DNA of 64,000 bases, from contig OX597818.1 in the NCBI GenBank assembly GCA_951406725.2, forward strand, positions 93,434,001 to 93,498,000, written 5' to 3'. The notes under the pieces were generated by a model. That model did not search any database and had not been told where the DNA came from. It was given only the letters and a program-made list of their open reading frames with translations. The translations under genes were made by a program, and so were the position numbers. The stretch comes from Octopus vulgaris (lineage: Eukaryota). Shown piece by piece: positions 53,625 through 64,000 of the stretch (the stretch's first letter is position 1; each line of letters opens with the position of its first letter).

Positions 53625-54100
53625 CTTCTGGGAGATGGCCCTACTTAATATGTAAGAAAGGTGTTGGTAGAAACTCCATATGTTTTACCCAGTGCAAGCT
53701 TTGGACACATAAAATGTGCAGCACTGTCAAAGGAAGGTTAACGAAGAATATAGTCTTTGTGTGTAGCAGATGTGCAGGTACAATAAGCACTAAAAATATG
53801 CAGACAACAGGCTCCTTTAAATGCTATGGGGTTCATTAGAAGTAGTAGATAGCTTCTGTTATCTAGGAGACTAAGTTAGTAGTGGGGGAGGGAGTTCTGA
53901 AAGTGTAGTTGCTAGAATAAGAACAGGTTGGGCAAAGTTCAGAGAGCTTCTACCTTTGTTGGTAACTAAGATCTCTCGCTCAGAGTGAAAGGTAAATTGT
54001 ATAATTCTTGTGTACATACAACTATGTTACATGGCAGTGAAACATGCAATTTAACTACAGAGCACTTGTGAAGGCTCAAAATAATTGAGGCTAACATGCT
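53625..54100 (+). mobile_element. RTE-clade LINE fragment
   Basis: Reads CKLWTHKMCS..FVCSRC..LEVVDSFCYLGD*VSSGGGSSESVVARIRTGWAKFRELLPLL..RVKGKLYNSCV..MLHGSET. Confidence 0.85.
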
Positions 54101-54104
54101 GGAC

Positions 54105-54369
54105 CTCCTGCCAATGAATTTTGAGTGAGGAACTGCGAATGAAAAGAGTTGCAACAAAATTTGTGCCTCACTTACTCATGAAAGATCAAAAGCAGTCACG
54201 ACTGAATGTGTGTTATGAACTGAAAGAACAGTTGGAAGCTGATCCAGACCGTTTTTCGAAGGTCATGACTTGTGATGAATACTTTGAAAGTGATAAAAGT
54301 GTAGACAAGTAAAACTAAGTGAATAAAATAATATTGCAAAATTCCAGTTTCTTTTGGGTACCTCCTCAT
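54105..54369 (+). mobile_element. Deleted mariner fragment
   Basis: ILSEELRMKRVATKFVPHLL..QKQSRL..C..FSKVMTCDE, then a TIR-like end CCAGTTTCTTTTGGGTACCTCCTCATA. Confidence 0.8.
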
Positions 54370-54384
54370 ATATATATATACTTT

Positions 54385-54796
54385 TATATATGGTTGTGCG
54401 AATGTCTTGTTCAAAAACAGGCTAAAGGTGGCTTCCCTTTGAGTCAGTAGATAAAGGTTAAAGTAATGAGGAAAACAAAGAATTAGTCAAGGCAGAACAA
54501 TGACATTTGATTTCATTTAATTCAATGTAAAAGATTTAGCTACATATAATTGATGAGGAGCATTCTAACCTATATTTCTCTGATGACAGAATGCCTGAAT
54601 TTAGTGTCTTTGCTCAATATGAGGCTCAAATAGCTGGAATATCCTAGAAACAGTCGTCAGAGTCTATCTTTACCAGTTTGTACTAATTTTACCATTCGTT
54701 ATGTTGCTAAATTTTTAGATTGAATTACATTAAATTAAATGTCCTTGTTCTGCCTTGACTAATTGTTTGCCTTTCCTCACTACTTTAACCTATATC
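54385..54796 (+). mobile_element. Hairpin-shaped element with type I HHR-like motif (54576-54662)
   Basis: Imperfect inverted arms 54451-54540 / 54706-54796 enclose TTCT-CTGATGA-(60 nt)-GAAAC AGTC GTC-AGAG. Confidence 0.6.
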
Positions 54797-54949
54797 TGAA
54801 TACACACACACGTACAACAGATACATCCACACATATACTTCTAAGCCAACATATCCGACATATGCATATGTATACATATACACATGCACATACTTACATA
54901 CACACATACATACATACACAAACACATATACATTATTATATCGATTTTA

Positions 54950-55636
54950 TCTTTATATATATAAATCTGAGAATGTGTGTCTGTCTGTCTGTTTGTGTGT
55001 TTCCCTAAAACTTGAGAACTACACAACCAATTTCATTCAAATTTTACACATGCCTTACTTCTTGCCTAGGGCGAGCCCATAGCAATATCATATCTTCTCC
55101 ACTATTTCAGTATTACGTGTTAAAAGTGAAACAAAAACATTTCTCTATTTTATGTCAGATACTTTCAATTTAACAATAAAAATGATAATAACAATTGAAT
55201 TATATGTAGTAAGTAATAATTAAAATCAAACTAAAGTATAATATAATCGTAACATACAAAAGTAAAAATAGCAATTGGTATAAAATTGCATCAATGATTT
55301 GAATTTGAATAAGTGGTTTCACATGAATGGGAATAAATTAAAAATATAATTAGCGTGCAGAAATGAAATAGTCCAGATGGATAATAAAAAATTAAATTAA
55401 AGAAAAGACTATTGTCTATAAAGTATACGATGTAGAGAAAAAAGAAGAGCTAACAATTCCAGCCTGTTATATATTTTGAGTATTGTTATCACTAGCGATA
55501 TCAAGATATAACTTTGTATTTTGCATTTTATGTGTAGATGTATATATATAGATGTACATGTAATATGTACACATATATTTACACATATATACATGCACTA
55601 GCACTATGACCCGGCAACGACGGGTCTTTAATGCTC

Positions 55637-55637
<1 letters not shown>
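54950..55637 (+). mobile_element. Non-autonomous Helitron-like element
   Basis: 5' end A^TCTTTATATATATAAA followed by (GTCT)n. 3' hairpin GACCCG-GCAACGA-CGGGTC (55608-55626) followed by CTCG^T. Confidence 0.55.
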
Positions 55638-55673
<36 letters not shown>

Positions 55674-55676
<3 letters not shown>

Positions 55677-56000
55677 CGGGAAGCTTTATGAAAATAGACA
55701 AAAGACGAAGGCAGGTGGAAAACAAACAAACAATTGTATTAGTATGGCGCTCAGGAAATATAAATAAAACAAGTCTTTAACGTTTCGAGCCTACGCTCTT
55801 CAACAGAAAGATACACAGAGAGAAAAAAAACACAGAAAGAAGGAGAGAAAAAAATGCGTGCAGTAACTAACGAATCAACATGGCGATCTGATTTCGGCCA
55901 GAGGTCAAAGATCAAACATGAGACGCGAGAGCGAAATAAGGGGAGATAATAGGGTTGATAATAGGGTTGAATGACCAGCTATTAGTGCGTAGGAGAGGTC
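55674..56000 (-). mobile_element. Copy of the 28146 HHR family (HHR 55774-55811)
   Basis: Minus strand TCTTT-CTGTTGA-A-GAGC GTAG GCTC-GAAAC-GTT-AAAGA. (TA)n-flanked. Confidence 0.65.
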
Positions 56001-56702
56001 TGGATATATATACACATACATATACATATATATATATATACACATACATATACATACATACATACATACATACATACATACATACATACATACATACATA
56101 CATACATACATACATACATTAATAGTTATTGCCAAGCTAACATGGCAGTTCAGAAAAATAGGACAAATGCTACTGTTGATTAGCTCCAAGAGGCCATCAC
56201 CTCTAGCTAGCTATGTGACACACAAACCTGTGTCCATTATAACCTTCGAACAGGGGAGGTCAGCAGCTTCCCCTTGCTGGGTTCGGCTACTCCACATTGA
56301 TAAGAGGCAACCACCTTGAAACTAGTCTGTGGTTGCCAGACCAGCAAGGGGAAACTGCTGACCTCCCCTAGCAAACCCTGCTGTGACTGGGCGGGGTCCA
56401 GTAGAATGCAGTTGCTGTATTCCCTGTGTGGCATAAGAGGCAACTAAAAGGGGTGGGATTGAGAGGACTGGAAATCCACACCTAGTAATTTCATATTCCT
56501 AAAAAGACAAGAAAAAAGTCAACACCTACAACATCTACATCTATAATCTATGACTGTCCATCCAGTCAATATCTGCAAAACTTGTCTATCAATCTTGTCA
56601 ACAACTGTACACTGTATCTATCCAGTCAAATATTAAATATTTGTATCCCATCAACATCTAAATGCAGTGTCTTTTGTCTGGTCAACACCTGCATGCCATA
56701 CA

Positions 56703-57105
56703 TGTTAGTTAGTTAGTTAGTTTGTTAATTCTTTAGCTCAAAAAGAAAAAAGCAAGGCCATGTAGGGGGACATGCAGTTATGTACAGGGTGGTGTTCAGG
56801 TAAAGAGTTCAGGCCACTTGTGGTCAAGGGAGACTTTGAACCGAGCGGTCGTCGGCATCTTCACCATCTCGTCCGGCAGCTTATTCCACGGATCCGCAAC
56901 CCGGACGGAGAAAGCCCCTCTCCTTTGATTGAGATGAAATCGTCGCAGATAGAGCTTTTCGGAATGACCCCGCAGCCGACGCTCTGGAGCAGGAGTGAAG
57001 AACAGCTCTTTTGAGAGGTTACACTTTCCGCTTATGATGTTGTGAGCAAGAATGAGATCACCACGGTGTCGTCGTTTTTCTAGAGAATAAAGGTCGAGCG
57101 TCTTT
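56703..57105 (-). mobile_element. CR1-clade LINE 3' end with (CTAA)n tail
   Basis: Minus reading KTLDLYSLEKRRHRGDLILAHNIISG..RLRGHSEKL..RRGAFSVRVADPWNKLP..FKVSLD. Confidence 0.88.
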
Positions 57106-57243
57106 ATCTGATCAACTTCTGAAAACTACACCTGTCACACCAATGAGTGTCTACACACTGTAACACTATCTGTTTGTCAATTGAACACATACATATTATT
57201 TCCATATATTTAGTCAACAAGTCGTGCCTGTCAATATTGTCAA

Positions 57244-57462
57244 GGCGGCGAGCTGGCAGAAACGTTAGCACACCGGGCGAAATGCTTAGCGGTATTGCGT
57301 CTGTCGTTGCGTTCTGAGTTCAAATTCCGCCGAGGTCGACTTTGCCTTTCATCCTTTCGGGGTCGATAAATTAAGTACCAGTTACGCACTAGGGTCGATG
57401 TAATTTGTCTGACCTTGTTTGTCCTCTCTATGTTTAGCCCCTTGTGGGCAATAAAGAAACAG
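57244..57462 (+). mobile_element. SINE family B with 10-bp TSD
   Basis: ATATTGTCAA at 57234-57243 and 57463-57472. Confidence 0.88.
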
Positions 57463-58529
57463 ATATTGTCAACATCTGCACATTATGTCAGACTATCCTG
57501 TCAACATCTACATTCTGTAACACTGTACCAAGTCTACATTTACATACTGTACTAGTTTGTCTACACACCATCTATATATCCATTTGATATTTGTGCACTG
57601 TTTATGTCTATTTTGTCATGATTTACATACTGTGTGTGTTTTATTCAGTCAAAATCTGTGCTTTGTGTTGTTTATGGATGTACTCAATGTATACACTTCA
57701 TGTCTATTCATGTCCATATCTTCCGACGGTCACCATCTGTCAGAAAGTATCAGACTATTAAATCAAATTCTACATCATATGTCTATCTGTTCACTCAACA
57801 CATACATATCATCATTGTCATCGTCATTGCTACCATCATTGTCGTCATCCTCATTCTGTCTGTTTCCAATCTGTCATAGGGCAGACAGGCTCTTCTAGAC
57901 AGGTTAGAGGATCATCTGTCTCTGTTCACCATTTGTCTTTTCAACACCGATTTACATATCTATCTGTCTTGAGTCATATCAACTCATAGGACAAGTTCCT
58001 GGTTTCTGTGGTGCACATATACCCTCCTGGAATGGATGCCTGTCTATCACAGGCTTACTCATTTTTGCCAGCTGTGTTGACTCAAATTACTTGAAATGTT
58101 TTGCTCAAGAACACACTGTTCTTACAATCTTACAATCATGAGAACACACTGTTCTTACAATCTTACAATCATGAGACTGACACCCTTATCTACACACCTC
58201 CACACAATAAAAACCACAAGTCTTGTTAATTTGCTTTTTTATCATAACATTGTCTTCACTGACTTAGCTGATCAAGTGCTATTCTACTTGTTGAAGCCTT
58301 ACCATATGATTATTTATCCATTTATATATATATATATATATCATAATCATCATCATCATCATCATCATCATCGTTTAACACCTGCTTGCCATTCTAGCAT
58401 GAGTTGGACGATTTGACTGGGGACTGGTGAACCAGATGGCTGCCCCAGGCTCCAATCTGATCTGGCAGAGTTTCTACAGCTGGATGCCCTTCCTAATACC
58501 AACCACTCCGAGAGTGTAGTTGACCGAAA

Positions 58530-58607
<78 letters not shown>

Positions 58608-58741
58608 GACGAACAGCAACGGTAAACTCAGAGTAACAGGTTTTGTTGAATTTTCTGCTGCTTTAAATAAAGCATATTACTCTACCACTGGTATTTGAGT
58701 ACTCTTTTTTCCACCTTGTTTCACATTTATGTGTTTACTCC

Positions 58742-58827
<86 letters not shown>

Positions 58828-58873
58828 CCAAGACTGATATACATATATATATATGACTGAAACAAGTAAAAGA

Positions 58874-59030
58874 TGTGGCTGTGTAGTAAGAAGCTTACTT
58901 ACCAACTACATCGTTCTGGGTTCAGTCCCACTGAAAGGCACCTTGGGCAAGTGTCTTCTACTATAGCCTTGGACTGACCAAAGCCTTGTGGGTGGATTTG
59001 GTAGATGGAAACTGAAAGAAGCCCATTGTA
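58874..59030 (+). mobile_element. tRNA-SINE family A, 5' half
   Basis: Head-to-GAAAGAAGCCC match. Confidence 0.8.
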
Positions 59031-59619
59031 TATAGATAGATAGATATAGAGATAGATAGATAGATACATACATACATACATACATACATACATACATGCA
59101 TAATACATACATACATACATACATACATACCTAACTACCTTCCTATGCCACTCTGTCAGTCTACTTACCAATCAATCTGTGTCTACCTACCCACCAACCA
59201 ACCATCCTATCAGCCTACCAACTGATTCACCTAGCTGATTTGGCTCAACTCATTAAGATCTCTATGACCTGCAAAATTCCATTTGCTGGACATTTGAATT
59301 ATTCGTTGTTCAGATGTTACATATCAATGTCTCTGTTTTACATCTCTCTAGGCCACTTGACTGATATATTGATCCAGCTTATCAGTTATATAGTGACAAC
59401 ACTCTTCAACATATGCTTCTTTCTCTCTCTCTCTCTCTCTCCCCCCTCTCTCTCTCTCACTCACTCCTCATTTTCACTGTCTTTGTTCACACACAGACAC
59501 ACACATGCGTCCTTATCTATCTATCAATTCATCTATTTTTATATATACATTTATATGTATGTATGTATGTATGTATGCATGTGTGTGCGTGTGTGTGTAT
59601 GTATGTATAAAAATTATAA

Positions 59620-59651
<32 letters not shown>

Positions 59652-59690
59652 ACATATATATATGTATATATATATATATGTATATATATG

Positions 59691-59730
<40 letters not shown>

Positions 59731-60142
59731 ATATAATATAATCCGAGACAAAACCACTATTTTAAAACCAAACAAGGAAAGACTTAATCAATACATAAAA
59801 TTTTAATATAAATTAAATAAACCGCCACTACAAATGTTTCATGTCTGCTCCGACAATCTTCAGGTGGATTTTCGATCTTCTAATCAGTATCAAATTTTGA
59901 TACTGATTAGAAGATCGAAAATCCACCTGAAGATTGTCGGAGCAGACATGAAACATTTGTAGTGGCGGTTTATTTAATTTATATTAAAATTTTATGTATT
60001 GATTAAGTCTTTCCTTGTTTGGTTTTAAAATAGTGGTTTTGTCTCGAATTATATTATATAATATTTTACTATAAAATTGGATTTAACCCTAAATCTGATT
60101 TTTCCCTGTAATTTTGGATTCATTCCCTAATATTTATTATTA
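59731..60142 (+). mobile_element. 329-bp near-perfect palindrome carrying two HHRs, plus unique 3' tail
   Basis: 59731-60059 is symmetric about 59895 with one mismatch noticed. HHR CCAC-CTGAAGA-T TGTC GGAGCA GACA T-GAAAC ATTT GTA-GTGG at 59923-59965 (+), mirrored at 59825-59867 (-). Confidence 0.85.
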
Positions 60143-60249
60143 TATATATATATATATATGCCCCAGCATAGCCACAGTCAAATAACTAAAACAATTAAAA
60201 GATAAATAAGATAAAAGAGATATGCATATATGATATAATATATATATAT

Positions 60250-61620
60250 AGCACAATCTTTTATCAATTATGTAGGGTGCAACACTGGTGAGTATAGCCA
60301 TATGGCACAAGTCGTAGAGAACCTATTGCATTACACTCTATGTTTTGTGGTAGCGTGTGAGTGCATGTGTAAGTCATCTGTGAGACCATAAGTCAGGGAA
60401 AAGATGCACTTGTATATCTGTTAATAGAGAGGGTATATTATCTGAAAAATATAGTATTATATATCCATCATGGCTGATCGTACCAATTGGTTTCATTCAA
60501 GGAATACATTGAATTGTTAGGTAAAAATCCGATTATATAACCTTATGCTCATCAGAGTTAACTCATATGGAAGGGAATTGTCGGAGGTGGATTAACACAA
60601 CCGGTCAGTGGCTGCTTTGAAAAAGGGTAGTGAAACAAAAGGGGACCAGGTGATTAGCTTAGGAGTTATGTATGCCACTTGGTTATGCTGTGAGGTCAGT
60701 AAGAATTATCTTAGAGTGTTTCTTGGGGAAGTGTACATTATTAAGTGTGGTGGTCCTGTGCGGATGGGGTGTGCGATATGTGTTGTGGTGTCATGTGCAT
60801 AATTTTTTCTAGATATAGTTGTGTTTGTTGGTCTGTTTTCTTTCTGTGGGTGGGGGTGGTTATTTTACCGTGCAGTGTGTAATGTGTGCAGGGAGGGTCT
60901 ATATATGTGTGGGAATACGTGTGTGAAGGGGTATATGTTGAGAGGGGGGATGGAGATAATCTATTTTGTGGGGTGTCCACCTGGGGGGGGGTGCATGGGT
61001 GCATTGGTATATGCTTTGGTCAAACTCTTTGCCATGCCTGAGGGCACTGGTGGAAGGTCAAAGCCGGAGACCTGTGGTTGCAGTCATGTTGGGGTGCACA
61101 GGTATGATAGGATGTGTTTCCTTTCATGTGGGCAGGGATTAAACACTTCATTCTTGCTATTCAGGTGTTGGGTACCCTTTAAAATCACTCTTCTCAGCCA
61201 GGCATAACCTGCACTTCCTGCTACTATTGAAGAAGTATGGCTTGCATTTTTCCAGGATCTTCCACTTTATGCTGTATTCTGTGTTGCTTTCAAAAACCAA
61301 ACATGTTTGGCTAGGGTTGTTGCATTACGTCTCTTAGGGATGTTGAAGAGGGACTTGTGGTTGTTAAAGTGGATTCTGAGGGGGCCTTCCATTGTCTCCA
61401 CATACTTCCGCATGCTTGGTTGTCCATTTGGTCCTGAGACTGTTACCTCTGCCTTGTATACTACTGTGGCTGTTCACTAAACAAGTTGTGTTACTCCTCC
61501 ATGATCGTCCTGCCTGTGCCTCAGGTGTAGGTCTACCTACTAAAATTTTATTTTACACTAGGTGCACAGCTAAAGGATAGTCTCAGGGTATGTCTATTAA
61601 ACATTGCATAAGGTTCCTGA
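60250..61620 (-). mobile_element. Penelope-like remnant, Naiad-type GIY-YIG endonuclease plus 3' region with degenerate HHR
   Basis: Minus, frameshifted (~61100-61470): VVYKAEV..KYVET.EG..FNNHKSLF..ATTLAKHVWFLK..YSIKWKILEKCKPY..RKCRLCLAEK..ILK..LNSKNEVFNPCPHERKH. CTGATGA...GAAACCAATTGGTA at 60465-60570 (-). Confidence 0.8.
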
Positions 61621-62289
61621 CATATATATATATCATCATCATCATCATCATCATCATAATTGTTTGATGTCTGTCTTCCATGCATGCATAGGTAGGATGA
61701 CTGACAGAAGCTGGCCACGTAGAAGACTACCCCAGACTATTGTCTGTTTTGGCTGGATTTTTATAGTTGGATGCCCTTCCTAACACCAACCCCTCCGCAG
61801 AGTAGATTGAGTGCTTTTTACGTGGCACCAGCACAGGCAAGGTTAGTTTTGGCATGATTTTTACAGCTGGATGGCCTTCCAAATGCCAACCACTTAATAT
61901 ATAATTGATATATATATATAATTTGTGTGTGTGTATGTGTGTGTAAAATATCTTCTTTTGTTTCTTCCTTTGGGTTATTGAGCTTCATTGTTCACTACTT
62001 TGCTTTTTTTTGTTGGCATTATATTTCTACACTTTTCTGACTTATGGTTTCTCCTGCCTGACTTTGCATAAGGCCTGGGCCTTTGAATGATAAGTTCAGG
62101 TCAATTGACAGGCTTCCACATGATTTCTGTCTATCATATTATACACTGGGTCAATCTTACAATAAAGATTCTTGCCCAAGAAGGCATGCAGTGGGACTGC
62201 ATCTTGGAATTCTTGATTGAGAAACAAACTTCTTAGCTATACTCCACCAAGATCATGGTGCTATATATATATATATATATATATATATA

Positions 62290-62638
62290 AGTACAAAGTG
62301 AGATAGGAGTTATGAGTGTAACCCACTATGGGATATCATTTACCCAATATACTGCCAGTGAAGTACCCAAAAGGCTAATACATAAATGCTTACAATTGCA
62401 ATGCATTTAGTTCATTTATTGTATTATATGGGCGAAGGTAAAATGTTTTACCTCAAATTCATAATACAAAATAAGAAAATGGAGGAATAGATTCCTTACA
62501 ATCATCAACTTACAGATAATAACAATTCATATAATTTATTAACTAATTAAATAGAAACATCCAAATCCAACAGAGTAAAACAGAATATAACACTATACAT
62601 GATGATTGTAAGGAATCTATTCCTCCATTTTCTTATTT

Positions 62639-62643
<5 letters not shown>
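62290..62643. repeat. (TA)n-flanked element with perfect 44-bp inverted end copy
   Basis: 62464-62507 is the exact reverse complement of 62600-62643. Confidence 0.7.
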
Positions 62644-62694
<51 letters not shown>

Positions 62695-63371
62695 TATATA
62701 AATCCAAAAAAATGGAACACGAACGTAACAGATGACAATGAAAACATATGGACAATAGAAGGATGAACAGAAAAGCCATGTCAGAACATTCGTGGCTTTC
62801 TATTCATAAGTCAAGCTTCCAATTATCACTACAGTTTCAGCCTGTTACACTTGAGACTGTTCAAAATTGGTAGGTCCCAAAAATCTAAGCTAAGGACATT
62901 AAATTTTTGGAAGAAAGCGGGTGAATATGTGTGACAAAATGGACAAACACAAAAAACGAGAAAATGGAGAGAATGTTACATGATTACTAATACAAACAAC
63001 AAGAATAACAACAGGCATCTTTCGACTAAAAGGACAAGTTAAGTTAAGCTGGCGTGTGGAGTGGAGGCCTTGCGGCAACAAACATTGATGAATGTTAGGA
63101 GACAGAAAAATAAGGTGTTGTGTGAGCAGAGGTCAGGCCAAGAAAGAAAGATCATGCTTGGCCAAGCACTGTCATGTTGGAGGAACAGAAAGAGGTAGGG
63201 AGCAGAGGGATTGAAGAATTGGGGGAGGAACTAGAGAGCAAGTGAGGGGGTACAAGGGAGATAACAGAGGAAAGTAGAGAGATTAAAGAAAGAGAATGCT
63301 AAGAAAGTGAGAGAGGGGGTCGAGAAAAAGAAAAGAGGAAATGTATGTATGTATGTATATATATATATATA

Positions 63372-63682
63372 TCACGTGATCACGTGACTGATCAGGCTAT
63401 CAGATGTTGCTACACATCGCTGGTCACAATGTGCCTCGCATTGTTTTAGCCTTCAAATGATGCCACCCCGCTGGCTAAGCAAGCCGGCTAACAGAATAAA
63501 GAGTGAGAGAAAGTTGCAGCGGAAGAGTACAGCAGGGATCGCCACCACCCCCTGCTGGAGCCTCATGAAGCTTTAGGTGCTTTTGCTCAATAAACACTCA
63601 CAACGCCTGGTCTGGGAATTGAAAATGCGATCCTACAACTGCAAGTCCACTGCCCTAACCACTGGGCCATTGCACCTCCACA
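63372..63682 (-). mobile_element. tRNA-SINE related to family D head
   Basis: Minus head TGTGGAGGTGCAATGGCCCAGTGGTTAGGGCAG..; ends in GTCACGTGATCACGTGAT. Confidence 0.7.
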
Positions 63683-64000
63683 TGCATGTATATAATGAAG
63701 GAAAATAGGAACTAAATAAATCTGGGTGAATACCTCAGTAAAAGCATGTAATAAACACAGCTAACAGGATGTTTCAATCAAGGTTATAACAATGCATATA
63801 GATTATCAATAACATGAGACAGGTGCAAACTGTAAATCCAACACTTAGTAATTTGGTATATTAATCACAGGCTTACATCCGTCATGAAATAAAGAAAGAA
63901 GAATGAATAAGTACCAGGCTTTGAAAATAAGTAATGGGGTCTATTTATTTGACTAAAGAGAACCCTTCAAAGCAATGCCCCCAGTATGGCTGCAATCCAA

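Overview
AT-rich, microsatellite- and transposon-dense eukaryotic DNA. The SINE families and repeat content suggest an octopus/coleoid cephalopod (inference). The only convincing host coding sequence is a 120-bp terminal exon at 3911-4030 (+), resembling the FAM107/DUF1151 C-terminus, followed by a repeat-poor putative 3' UTR. Almost all listed ORFs are microsatellite or SINE artefacts. The rest of the window contains Tc1/mariner, Tigger/pogo and maT remnants, CR1 and RTE LINE fragments, several tRNA-SINE families, Helitron-like elements, TTAA MITEs and Penelope-like element (PLE) GIY-YIG remnants of two types. The main unexplained signal is about 17 type-I hammerhead-ribozyme (HHR) motifs, found by eye, in several distinct short non-coding element families. 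These elements mostly sit in (TA)n tracts and repeatedly show an inverted end copy, a partial direct repeat or a circular permutation. One HHR is textbook-perfect (16011-16067), and one family couples the HHR to a tRNA-like Pol III head. This looks like a diverse set of PLE-mobilised retrozyme-like elements. All folds were derived by hand and none has been tested.
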